Shown here: positions 26,327 to 38,311 of the stretch, in pieces
Position numbering within the stretch: the first letter of the stretch is position 1
Layout: each line of letters starts with the position of its first letter
Assembly: GCF_003918875.1 (NCBI RefSeq)
Contig: NW_025767413.1
Location: 868,001-932,000 of the forward strand
Reading direction: 5' to 3'
Source of the DNA: Haliotis rubra
Lineage: Eukaryota
Length of the DNA: 64,000 nt
Notes under the pieces: generated by a model
Database searches by the model: none
What the model was told of the DNA's origin: nothing
The model's input: the letters and a program-made list of their open reading frames with translations, nothing else
Program-made: the position numbers and the translations under genes

Positions 26327-27967
26327 TGAGGGTCACTACTCATGCACTAACCACTTCAAGAACTACAGCAATTTGCCTTTAGTTTTCGAAATGTCAAATC
26401 ACAAGACTGGCAGATTGCTACATGGTTTGATCATGACCTACAACACTCCTGTGGAACCCGACTCTAAACGAATAAAACTGAATGACGTCAGAAGGATACA
26501 AGCACTGCTGGGGACACACACGAGACAGTGGACCAGTCCTTTATAAATAGGGTATATCCGAGTACGTGATACAGCTTCGTCTGCGCTGTAAAAGGCTGAC
26601 ATTCTGTTACAGCATGCATGACCACTGACATCAAGTTATGTAATATGAGTCTAGTGTTGACATTTAAGACCTGTATAAATGTACCACTTACCATACCATA
26701 CGGGATACTTATGGCACAAGTATTTTTTTTTTAAAAGTGAGTGTGAAACTGATAGCCTCTCGCCTATTTGTCAACAACAGTAAACGATGTACATGATTTC
26801 GTTATATCTTGCCTTGTGTTTTGTAAGTTACACTATAGGACTCACATGATAAAATATTACAAAATGGGGATTGGGTGGGTACAATGCCGGACTTTGGTGA
26901 CTGTGTTCGTTGCCCGGAGTATTATTGTTACGAATGGTCCAGCCAGGCTCCATAATGCACATGTCTCTCTGATGAATTTTCAATGTTGCTGATTCAGATA
27001 TAGATCACCCACTTGTGTTAGTTCACGGAGGCCAATAAATACCCGGCCGAGTCTACTAATATTTACAGGGAATATCGCCTACAGTCTTATATAACAACTT
27101 TACGCACCAATGGTTTTCAATTTTACTGCTTACAACCTTTCATTAAAGTGGTATGTCCCATTTGAGAGTGCGCTCAAAGTTTGCCTACAGTAAATACAGA
27201 ACAAAGACTTCCTATGTTGATGAACCATTTATTCGTCATTTATTAGCGTAAAACAGTTCATTTTTTTGTTTTCATTCAGTTTTCGTACACCAATTTTGTA
27301 CACCTATTTCACACTATTGTGAAAATCATTTTTATCTTTAATATTTACACATTTTTCACACTGTCATAACATTAAAGCACCGATGCGTACAATATGATAC
27401 AAAAGATCAGATATGATCAGTTCTCCACGCGTTTACCTAGTCGTGAAGGTGCTTCTCACATCGGCGTGTCTGTTATTTGGCAGACATCTGAATTCACACT
27501 GCCTGTATTCCGGTTTGGACTTCGACTCTTCCGAGTGTGCCTGCACTTCCTTCCACAAGGATTGTCTTAACGCTAAGATCACTTTGAGGAAATGGCCCCA
27601 TGTTCTGATATGTCCATGCCCTTCCTTGCAAGTTTCCTTTCAGCAAAATGACAAACGCCTGCATCAGGCGTCACTCAGGGCTTTCATCTCACAAGTAACT
27701 GAAATATCATTCAAAACAGAAATAATCTCCGGTCTGTAAATATTCGAGTTAGTCAGGCAGTCCAGTGATTGACATCATGAGCGTCGATCTACACAAACAG
27801 GGACAGATGACATGCAATCAACTTGCAGCCTGGCCACCGAATCCATTTAGTTGCATTCTTCAAAGATCAGCTTCTGGGACCTATATTGTTTCCTAGAACC
27901 ACTTCACGCCGAATTACCACATACAATACATGGTATTGTACAAAACACTATTAAGTACCATTTTAAG

Positions 27968-28290
27968 TACCGGGATTTCCCGTATTTAAGCCCACTCGAA
28001 ATTACGCCCATGGGTTTAAAACCGGATATTTTCTCGTTATTAAGCCCATGGGCCAAAATTAACATTTCAAATTAGAGTTGCGTCCCTTTTGCAAAATCAA
28101 ATGGCAAACGTCAGCAAATATAACGTTTGTAGTGCAGTTATAGGTTTTCACGTGTGCAGAACGTTTTGGAGTCCCAAGAGAGGTCAGGTACTCTATACTC
28201 AAATAGACAATCTCAATCCATATGACTCACAGGCAGCCGCAATAAAATATGATATTATCAGCATAGGCGGTATTGAAGATCATTCCATTT
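27968..28290 (+). mobile_element. Remnant with a pogo/Tc-mariner-like terminus followed by a HIRAN-like ORF fragment
   Basis: TA-CCGGGATTTCCCGTATTTAAGCCCA, repeated at 28022, is followed by an ATG at 28101 reading MANVSKYNVCSAVIGFHVCRTFWSPKRGQVLYTQIDNLNPYDSQAAAIK. This fits the HIRAN pattern G-F/Y-H..W-x-P-x-x-G-x-x-L..N-P-x-D-x-x-A. Confidence 0.6.
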
Positions 28291-28436
28291 TACTGTGTCT
28301 TGCATTTTATATTGCCTTGCCAAGTGTTCTTTTTTAGCCTTCACGAAACATTTTTCTTGACTGTGATTTATATAATCACATTGTCTCAGATTATACTACT
28401 GATGTATACATGTCTACTGTATTCGCATGTATCTCA

Positions 28437-28607
28437 CAGGCGGTGGTGTAGCCTAGTGGTTAAGCGTTAAGGTTCACCGAAGACCCGGGTTCGATTCCCC
28501 TCATGGGTACAATGTGTGAAGTCTATTTCTGGTGTCCCCCGCCGTGATTTTGCTGGAATATTGATAAAAGCGGCGTAAAACTAAACTCGCTCACTCACTC
28601 ACTCACT
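28437..28607 (+). mobile_element. SINE family A with 11-bp TSD
   Basis: A box TAGCCTAGTGG, B box GGTTCGATTCC and (ACTC)n tail; TSD CATGTATCTCA at 28426-28436 and 28608-28618. Confidence 0.93.
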
Positions 28608-29400
28608 CATGTATCTCAATTATCCATATAGCGCTTCTTATCACCTGTAAGAACGAATGTATTGTAACATGGGCCTGTTNNNNNNNNNNNNNNNNNNNNN
28701 NNNNNNNNNNNNNNNNNNNNNNNNNNNNNNNNNNNNNNNNNNNNNNNNNNNNNNNNNNNNNNNNNNNNNNNNNNNNNNNNNNNNNNNNNNNNNNNNNNNN
28801 NNNNNNNNNNNNNNNNNNNNNNNNNNNNNNNNNNTTAAGTGATGCGCTCTCAATCATTCCTTTAAAAAGTCTGGTAATTGTCGTGTTCAATTTTCAAAGG
28901 ATACAAAGTCCCGTCAGTTGCCCATGTAACTGAATAAGTCGATATAGGAAGATGTTGAACTGTACACTTCTGGTATCGTCACTATTTGAGAGTCATTCAT
29001 AAACACAAGTTCATGATACAGTCAACTGTACAACTGCCTCTGCTTTCAGCAGAGATTTCTGGTGGATATGGAAAGGGTTTTGCTGCTTGTATTTGAATAA
29101 GACAAATGTTTCGAACCCTTCCTGTTGCTCTTCAAACGTTGTTGATAACAAACACATCATAGAAATGTGATTCCTTGGATAATCAAATCTACTGTAAAAC
29201 ATGTCACATTAAAATTTAACGTTTCTAGTTCAAATTTTAAATTCAAGAGTACAGGCTTACATTACTCAGTCACCGTAAATACAGCCCAGTCCAGTACAAA
29301 TATTGTCTCTTGTCCCGAATGAGGGCTATGTATTGTTCTTGGGTGACTGCAGTCAAAAATATGCTCTACATTTCCGAAAGTGCAAACATGTGGCCTCGTA

Positions 29401-29529
29401 TGGTGGCTGTTAGGGCCATCGCTTTCTCGCCTTAAAATTCGGAGGCGAGAAAGCGAGAAAGCGATATCACGAGACGAGAAAGCGATAACAATTTTAAGGC
29501 GAGAAAGCGATGGCCCTAATCAGCCACCA
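29401..29529. mobile_element. 129-bp fold-back MITE flanked by TA
   Basis: ~40-bp TIRs (TGGTGGCTG-TTAGGGCCATCGCTTTCTCGCCTTAAAATT) and internal CGAGAAAGCGA repeats. Confidence 0.85.
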
Positions 29530-30520
29530 TACGTTTGGCCAAGGCTAAGTCTGCCATGTTCCCTCAAGTCTCGCTGCAGGGATATTAAGAAATTCCCAAA
29601 CAACGCTTTCTTCCATTATACGACGATCAGACACGTGCCAGTAGAAATGGAGGCGATGACGTTATGGTTGTTATGGAAACACATTCTTTGATTATTCCCT
29701 CCCAAGTTTTAATGGTATGCATCACGTTATTTACGATTAAAGATAAGTAGCTTGAGTACATGTAGTTTAGAACCAGTTTACCCCTAGATCGCTTCCTTCT
29801 ATAGACTGTCACACAGATTTTTTCCATGTATTTTCATTTGGTTTACTGAGTAAGATCCCAGATGATAAACGTGGTCTAAATAATTTACTGTTCTCTGTAA
29901 ACTTTGTAACTCCTGATACACTTGTACGTTTGGGCGATAAGTCATCTTAACACAGAATCGTGTCCAGTTATCTCCCTTGGAGATCTATAGACGTAGACCT
30001 TCGCATCAAGGTCACCATTTCTGTTTTACGTTCTGGATTAGTGACAACCTACGAAACCTTAAGCATTGTTTACACACAAAATATCGCTCTCTAAATTGTT
30101 TGGAAGCAGTTTAATCCTCACACATGATTATATTCTATAACCTGGGATTATTCTTCTTACTTACATCAAAACGAGGCCAGTCCAGCTTATATGTGCCGCG
30201 CCCTGTTTGGAATTTGTTCATACCACACCCTCTAGGGCGTATATATCACAGTGCCCGTGGAGTAAGATTGTAACTCATTTGATGTCAAGTGGGTTAACGC
30301 CGTAGTGCACTCCTTGATACTGGGTAATCAGCATTTCAACAACTCGGTTTATTTCACGGAGAGTTAGGCTACCTCTTATCACAGGGTACGATTAATGGGT
30401 CACACGGAAACCACAGTAGCTGACTAGTCGTTACAACGGCCAGTGTTCACCTTTCCTGCTGATTAGTGAAGTTTTCAATGTTCAAGTTGGTTTGGATTTT
30501 TTAAAAGTATTTAGAACCAG

Positions 30521-30627
30521 GGTCCCGATCCAGAAAGCATTCGTAACGTTACAACATGTCGTAACTCTATAGTTTATCATAGGCTTAAGAATGTCTTAAT
30601 GCTACGAACGTTTTGCGGATCGGGACT
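30521..30627. mobile_element. 107-bp MITE with CAG TSD (PIF/Harbinger-like)
   Basis: CAG-GGTCCCGATCC...GGATCGGGACT-CAG; homologue at 48502. Confidence 0.85.
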
Positions 30628-31057
30628 CAGGAGTTTAATATCACAGAATGACAATAGATGAAGACTTTGGATAATGCCCAACACGCGCTCCTGTTTTAGT
30701 GAGCTGAAATGGGGATGGGGTGAGGTTTAATAGGTGTGTGTGAGAGGCGTGCGTGCGTGCGTGCTCATGTTTTAGTGTTTGTAGGTGTGAGTGTGCGTAC
30801 ATGCGCGTGCCTGTGCGTTTTCGTGTGTGTGGTACTAGTCGTGAATTATGCAGTTTTCATAGTGCTGCAATATCGAATGGATTGGCTGTTGATAGGCACA
30901 TTCAGTCATCACACAATGCCGTCCATAATGTATCAACATTTGTGAGAGTCGCACCCTTGCGCCTTCTCGGTGAGCGTTGAATGAACACAGTACTTGCCAA
31001 GAACGTTCAGTATACATGTAATCGATCGTTGCATTGTTTTGGTTTCATAGAGGCTGG

Positions 31058-31590
31058 CACAGACACAGACACAACCACAACTACAACCACGGACACAACC
31101 ACAGACACAACCACAGCCACAGACACAACCACAACCACAGACACAACCACAACCACAGACCACAACCACAACCACAGACACAACCACAACCACCAGAACC
31201 ACAACCACAGACACAACCACAAACCACAACAACAACAACACGGACCACCACAGACACAACCACAGACACAGACAACCACAGACACAGACACAACCACCAC
31301 CACCACCACAACCACAGACACAGACACAACACCACAACCACAACCACCACCACCACGGACACAACCACCACCACCACAACCACAACAACACAACCACAAC
31401 CACAACCACACCACAACCACAGACCAACCACAACCACAGACACAGACACAACACACAGACAAGTACAGCCACTACAGACACAGACACAACCACTACCACA
31501 ACTACAACTAAAACCACAATTACAACCAGAACCACAGACACAACCCCAACCCCAACCACAGACACAACCACACACACAGATACCACACAT
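31058..31590. repeat. Compound hexamer microsatellite (CACAAC/CACAGA)n
   Basis: Visible directly; it produces the low-complexity ORFs at 30933-31716. Confidence 0.95.
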
Positions 31591-32299
31591 GAAACCTAAA
31601 ACACCCTCACCGGCCATAAATGGGATGTGAAAAGACGGGACGCGTGAAAGAACTACTGACAGCTCCACATGGACGATTCTAAAGCACACACATAGATGTT
31701 TAGTGCACGTAGACACGGCTCACCCAGTCACTGTGTAGAGTTGCGTCCCTTGGGCAGGCCAGAAACCTATAGTCGTGAGTTTGAACTTCAAAAGGATTAT
31801 GTTTCTATGCTTGTCACGCCATACCTGTGCTCATCAAAATGTTGAATGTCTGAGACTTGCATTGATTTGGGCGTTCCTCGCATATGGATTTGGAACTCCG
31901 TCGTGCAGCTGGAATACCGTGTTTCAAGGACACAGAGTTTACACGAAAGCACTGTTTGAAACTTAACCCTGAAAAGATGCAGGTCCTAAGGACCCTGAAC
32001 AACAAAACCGTTTTGTGTCCTAAGTAAAATGTGTAGGCCCTATATTTTAAGAACAAGATAAGTAATTCCCAGCAAACTAACAATGTGACAAACAAACAAT
32101 TAACAAACTGTATTAAAGATTTTAATTTCACTCTAGTGACTGACTAGTCCTCATTTATAACAAAAACAACATCCATGTCAAGATTCAAGTCTTCTGAAAA
32201 GACGGGGATATGTCAGAGCAGTCAGAGTCGTTGGGAATGAAAGAAGCTGTTGGCAATAAGAACCTGCAGAAAACAAAAGTCCTGAATGTTTTACGACAA

Positions 32300-33455
32300 C
32301 AGACACAGACACAACCACAGACACAGACACAGACACAGACACAGACACAACCACAGACNNNNNNNNNNNNNNNNNNNNNNNNNNNNNNNNNNNNNNNNNN
32401 NNNNNNNNNNNNNNNNNNNNNNNNNNNNNNNNNNNNNNNNNNNNNNNNNNNNNNNNNNNNNNNNNNNNNNNNNNNNNNNNNNNNNNNNNNNNNNNNNNNN
32501 NNNNNNNNNNNNNNNNNNNNNNNNNNNNNNNNNNNNNNNNNNNNNNNNNNNNNNNNNNNNNNNNNNNNNNNNNNNNNNNNNNNNNNNNNNNNNNNNNNNN
32601 NNNNNNNNNNNNNNNNNNNNNNNNNNNNNNNNNNNNNNNNNNNNNNNNNNNNNNNNNNNNNNNNNNNNNNNNNNNNNNNNNNNNNNNNNNNNNNNNNNNN
32701 NNNNNNNNNNNNNNNNNNNNNNNNNNNNNNNNNNNNNNNNNNNNNNNNNNNNNNNNNNNNNNNNNNNNNNNNNNNNNNNNNNNNNNNNNNNNNNNNNNNN
32801 NNNNNNNNNNNNNNNNNNNNNNNNNNNNNNNNNNNGACACAGACAGACAGCAGACACAGACAGACCAGNNNNNNNNNNNNNNNNNNNNNNNNNNNNNNNN
32901 NNNNNNNNNNNNNNNNNNNNNNNNNNNNNNNNNNNNNNNNNNNNNNNNNNNNNNNNNNNNNNNNNNNNNNNNNNNNNNNNNNNNNNNNNNNNNNNNNNNN
33001 NNNNNNNNNNNNNNNNNNNNNNNNNNNNNNNNNNNNNNNNNNNNNNNNNNNNNNNNNNNNNNNNNNNNNNNNNNNNNNNNNNNNNNNNNNNNNNNNNNNN
33101 NNNNNNNNNNNNNNNNNNNNNNNNNNNNNNNNNNNNNNNNNNNNNNNNNNNNNNNNNNNNNNNNNNNNNNNNNNNNNNNNNNNNNNNNNNNNNNNNNNNN
33201 NNNNNNNNNNNNNACAGACACAACCACAGAACACAGACACACAGACACAGACACACAGACACAGACACAGACAGACAGACACAGACCACAGACACACAGA
33301 CACAGACACAGACACAGACACAGACCAGACACACAGACACAGCACACAGACACACACCACAGACACAGACACAGACCACAACCACAGACACAGACACAGA
33401 CACAGACACAGACACAGACACAGACACAGAACACAGACACAGACACAGACACAGA
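32300..33455. repeat. (CACAGA)n array spanning two assembly gaps
   Basis: The repeat is seen on all gap edges; the ~190-bp flank at 32106-32300 recurs at 33455-33640. Confidence 0.9.
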
Positions 33456-35296
33456 ACTGTATTAAAGATTTTAATTTCACTCTAGTGACTGACTAGTCCT
33501 CATTTACAACAAAAACAACATCCATGTCAAGATTCAAGTCTTCTGAAAAGACGGGGATACGTCAGAGCAGTCATTGGGAATGAAAGAAGCTGTTGGCAAT
33601 AAGAACCTGCAGAAAACAAAAGTCCCGAATGTTTACGACAATACACAAACACGGATGAAGTGACTTTCCGCCATATTGCACACGTATGTCGGTTATGTTA
33701 CGCCCGTTTCTTAACATATTTTTCAAACTTAACGTCCTTAACTGAATACCTGAATTGACCATACATTTTGCAACAGAACGACACCACCGATACCACGGGT
33801 CACGATGAAATACATCATGTGTGGAAATATAATATTAAGGAAAAGAGCACTTGTTTGAAATGTGCTCGGAAAGACAACTTGTTGAAATGTCCTCGGAAAG
33901 ACCACTCCACTTGTTTGACACGTCAATAAAGCAAAGTTCAGATTTTACATTGTGTAATACTTTATCCTATTGTAACAGCTCCGTACTCCTACATGTTGCA
34001 TACACTTGACTAGTTTGAGAGTATGCATGGGAAGAGTATCGTATCAAAAATTAGGGAAATAAAAGTAAATGTCTGTGTTTCAGTGATTTGGTCTATTCAA
34101 CTTAGTTTAGTGCATGGTTTCCGTCAAACGTGACGTCATGATTACGCAACGTACAACGTCAACGATACTTCTATTTTATGTTGACTACACTTCCCTTGGG
34201 TGCAATAAATACAACAAGAGAAAAGAACAACACAAATATAGTCAGAATGTTTCTGTTTAGTTACAAATCACATTTGTGCACAATCGATCCCTGAATTAAC
34301 GAAAGTCTCCATCCCACTATCCCGCGTACCAGCGTCGATTTCAGTTTGTGAAAGTCACTTACCAATGGGGATGTCATACGTACGTCAACATTGTCATTGT
34401 GGTGAGGTTTATGAATGAAAATACACACGATCAACCTGTCCTGCATGCACACTACACCCTATTCCATGGGGTTAATTTCACTGTTTGGTTTTTGTTTTGT
34501 TTGTTTGTTGTTGTTGTTGTTTTTTTTGGGGGGGTTGTTGTTTTTTGTGTTGGGACTAGACAGGATACCAGTCAATCAGTTGGCACTAATGCATTTCATC
34601 ATAATCTAAGGGGTGTAACTCTGGGGTGTTTCGCTCGGAAAACAAAAGGCCTACTACTTTAAATGTGAGAAAAGGAGTGTATATTTAATTTACAAACGTT
34701 GATATTAATATATTCCGTTTTATTTCACAATTTTGTTGTTTTTTTGTTGGTGGTGGTTGTTTTCTTGTTGTTTTTTTGTTTTGGGTTTGTTTGTTTTTTG
34801 TTGTTTTGTTTTGAATTTTTTGGGGGTGAATTGAAACTGAGTATTTTACTACTACTTCTGTCAATATAGCAAGAAACGCACAGTCAAGGGAGGTCACTCT
34901 TCCTGGCCTGCGGTACAGAAACTATGATCACGTGTCGGAGTCCGTAAGCAATTCCTGCGTAATTCACTGTCAAGATGAAGAAAACGGGCACTGTTTCATT
35001 GTTTACTCTTAACATTTCGTTCCATAATACCCTGCTTTATTTGTAATGTGCATATGCATCGGTAAACACCTGCGTCACCGTCATACTTTTAGCAGAGACT
35101 TTAGATCTGACCCTGAGGAGAAACACCTATCGTTATGTCCGTGTTTATCTGAATTGTGATTGTCTTGTTTACATGTATCCATTTAAAAGATATAGCCCCT
35201 AATTTCCGTAACCAAATCTAGTTAAGTTTTCTCGCGATCAAGCGTAATCAAATAAAAATACCATCAACCTACTTTAATCGCCACGAGTCTTCCAGC

Positions 35297-35383
35297 CCCG
35301 TGATAGCTCAGTTGGTAGAGCGGAGGACTGTAGAGGCAATCATAGACATCCTTAGGTCGGTGGTTCAAATCCGCCTCGCGGGA
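35297..35383 (+). tRNA. tRNA-Tyr: tRNA-Tyr (anticodon GTA) with a 14-nt intron at 37/38 (35334-35347)
   Basis: Acceptor stem CCCGTGA/TCGCGGG with discriminator A; D arm GCTCAGTTGGTAGAGC; anticodon arm GAGGA-CTGTAGA-TCCTT after splicing; T arm GGTGG-TTCAAAT-CCGCC. Confidence 0.95.
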
Positions 35384-35385
35384 AC

Positions 35386-35390
35386 TTTTT
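35386..35390 (+). terminator. RNA polymerase III terminator (T5, with backup T-runs at 35395 and 35403)
   Basis: Oligo-T 2 nt downstream of the tRNA 3' end. Confidence 0.8.
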
Positions 35391-35889
35391 ATACTTTTTC
35401 ACTTTTTTATCCTTACACGAATTATTGAAAGTAATAATTACATTTTAATCTATATTTCCTTTTGAAAACCCTCCATACAAAATATTTGTATTTTAATTCT
35501 AATAAAGTTGGTGACATCCGTGATCATGTAAATAAAACCAAACGAGAATGCGGTGAAATGTTTGCTGTTGCTTGTCCAGTCAACAACAGTACCTTAAATT
35601 GCAAATGCTGGTCTAAACAGTTCCTTTGAGCAATGATTGCACATGTCACCGCTTGAACAATTACGTACTTCTGTAATTATTTTCGACAAATTGGCGAGTC
35701 TACATTTTCATCAAAATATTGTTCATGATGAAATGTGAATCTTAATTACACAATGCAGTTAATTCTGTAATGCATATCATATAAGTCATTTTGTGCTACA
35801 ATATGCCATATGAATATCTAGTCAGTTATGTATGTGTAGTGGTGGGTCTGAAGAGGTCGTTGTCGGCACAGGTACTACAGATGTGCACC

Positions 35890-36245
35890 CCAAGTACGTT
35901 TCTGTATACAGAAATGTACCCTAAGCAAAGACAAAATACAGAAACGTACCCGCTACCCTAGACAGTGGACCAGTCCTTATTCCGCAACCCAAAACCAAAA
36001 GCGGATGCAGCTGTTTTCGTTCAACTAATTGCAAGTGATATTGTGCATCGTGAAATATTTGTTACTGTGTAGCTCGTTTCTTATATAATGCAACCAAATG
36101 CATCTAATACAACAGTATGACAGTTCCGATCAAGAAAACGGCACAATGCGGTATGGGCCCGTGCTAGGGTACATTTCTGCATTCAGATTTTGGCTAGGGT
36201 TCGTTTCTGTATACAGACATAGATTCAGCAGTGGTAGGGGGTCCA
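35890..36245. mobile_element. Degenerate MITE-like element with inverted subterminal repeats
   Basis: TTTCTGTATACAGAAATGTACCCTA on the left; TAGGGTACATTTCTG and TAGGGTTCGTTTCTGTATACAGA on the right. Confidence 0.55.
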
Positions 36246-37169
36246 GTATCAAGGAAACAGAGCGACTCTTATATTGTGATGGGAATTAAATACGATATTG
36301 TTTTGTAAGTTGTGTATTATAACGTATACAAGTATTCAGTTATGTATAGCACGTGTGCCATTGTACGCAACAGTATCATGTAGGAGTTTGGGGCCGATGG
36401 AAATCAGGCGGATAGGGAGGGGTCGAGCGGGATTGAGGTGACTCTCCAGCTATCAGGTAGCAAAACGACCTTTGTAAGCAAAGATTATTGCTCATGCCAT
36501 ATGTTGCACAGTAACGTAGGCATATTCAAACATAACGCATCATGCTGTTATACATGTTGTCAAATACTTCAGCTGCACTTGACTAAAAGCTTTCCTCTGT
36601 GGCTTGACAGGTGGTCTGGTGTGTACATATTAACACTATTGATCAATCTGTAAAGTCCATAACGATAATTTCTGTCTCTGTCCGCATGTCTCGTTTTAAC
36701 GGCCACAGAATGATGAACAGACAAGTGTATAGTTTAACTGTAAAACCGTGCTCATTTATATTGTAAATATCATATTGAAATAATACGATAAAGTAGCGTC
36801 AAGCTTTGAGCCTATACCGAATTCTTAAAATAAATCAAATAGAAATTCAGTCACTGAAAATCCAGTATATAAAACAATAATCATCGAATACCAATGCAAT
36901 CTTCAGTTATGATGTGTTCATCGTATTCTCCACCTGTATAAGGTAAGCAGTTTGCTTCGAGAAACTACAGATCATAGAACAAGACCACCCAGACCTGTGT
37001 GAGAACATCTCTGTAGTCACCGCCCAGGAAAATAACACGCTCATGCCCAGCAGCAAGTATTCAGATGTACGGCACTCCTTGTTTAATGGAGTTTCCCAAA
37101 ATATAATGAAACATATAAACTACTTACTACCACAAGAAAATAGCTTAATTTCAAATAATGAAGCAGGTA

Positions 37170-37399
37170 AAGAATGAGGACTATTTTTATGGATATACAA
37201 CTTCTTTAATTCTGTGAAAGGCGACGTTTCGACATAGATTCTAATGTCGTTGTCAAGCAAGTCGAAAGTTGTCACTTGCTTGACAACGACATTAGAATCT
37301 ATGTCGAAACGTCGCTTATACACAATTGAAGAAGTTGTATATCCATAAAAAATAGTCCTCATTCTTCATCTACTCAACTTCTAGAATGCCAATCAAAGA
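37170..37399. mobile_element. Penelope-like (PLE) inverted pseudo-LTR insertion with 13-bp TSD
   Basis: ~93-bp inverted arms (37170-37262 and 37274-37366) plus an unpaired 33-bp tail; TSD AATGAAGCAGGTA at 37157-37169 and 37400-37412. Confidence 0.8.
37278..37315 (+). ncRNA. Minimal hammerhead-ribozyme-like motif (U3-A8 core variant); mirror copy on the minus strand at ~37221-37258
   Basis: GC-TTGACAA-C-GACAT(tagaatct)ATGTC-GAAA-CG-TC-GC: core, stem II, GAAA, palindromic ACGT and a UC cleavage site. Stem I is only 2 bp. Confidence 0.6.
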
Positions 37400-37514
37400 A
37401 ATGAAGCAGGTAGCACAGACTCAACCTACTATCATATATACATGTATGGAACTTCAAGTAAAACCTAACACAATTACCATCGACAGCTTCATGTCCATTA
37501 TGTTTACTGGCGTT

Positions 37515-38311
37515 TTGTATTGTTATCTGGACGTATTATATATGTTTGTATTGTTATCTGGACGTATTATATATGTTTGTATTGTTATCTGGACGTATTA
37601 TATATGTTTGTATTGTTATCTGGACGTATTATATATGTTTGTATTGTTATCTGGACGTATTATATATGTTTGTATTGTTATCTGGACGTATTATATATGT
37701 TTGTATTGTTATCTGGACGTATTATATATGTTTGTATTGTTATCTGGACGTATTATATATGTTTGTATTGTTATCTGGACGTATTATATATGTTTGTATT
37801 GTTATCTGGACGTATTATATATATATATGTTTGTATTATATATGTTTGTTATCTGGACGTATTATATATGTTTGTATTGTTATCTGGACGTATTATATAT
37901 GTTTGTATTGTTATCTGGACGTATTATATATGTTTGTATTGTTATCTGGACGTATTATATATCTGGACGTTATTATATATGTTTGTGTATGTATTGTTAT
38001 CTGGACGTATTATATATGTTTGTATTGTTATCTGGACGTATTATATATGTTTGTATTGTTATCTGGACGTATTATATATGTTTGTATTGTTATCTGGACG
38101 TATTATATATGTTTGTATTGTTATCTGGACGTATTATATATGTTTGTATTGTTATCTGACGTATTATACGTATTATATATGTTTGTATTGTTATCTGGAC
38201 GTATTATATATGTTTGTATTGTTATCTGGACGTATTATATATGTTTGTATTGTTATCTGGACGTATTATATATGTTTGTATTGTTATCTGGACGTATTAT
38301 ATATGTTTGTA
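37515..38311. repeat. 31-bp minisatellite (TTGTATTGTTATCTGGACGTATTATATATGT), ~25 copies
   Basis: Period 31 (37521 to 37552); it generates three spurious repetitive ORFs. Confidence 0.97.

Noticed and set aside
30933-31716. Thr/His/Gln-rich or Cys/Val-rich proteins (mucin- or shell-protein-like)
   Set aside because: Hexamer microsatellite open in nearly all six frames; no splice or signal-peptide support.
32178-33496. ORFs of about 400 aa
   Set aside because: Made mostly of N-gap translation plus microsatellite.
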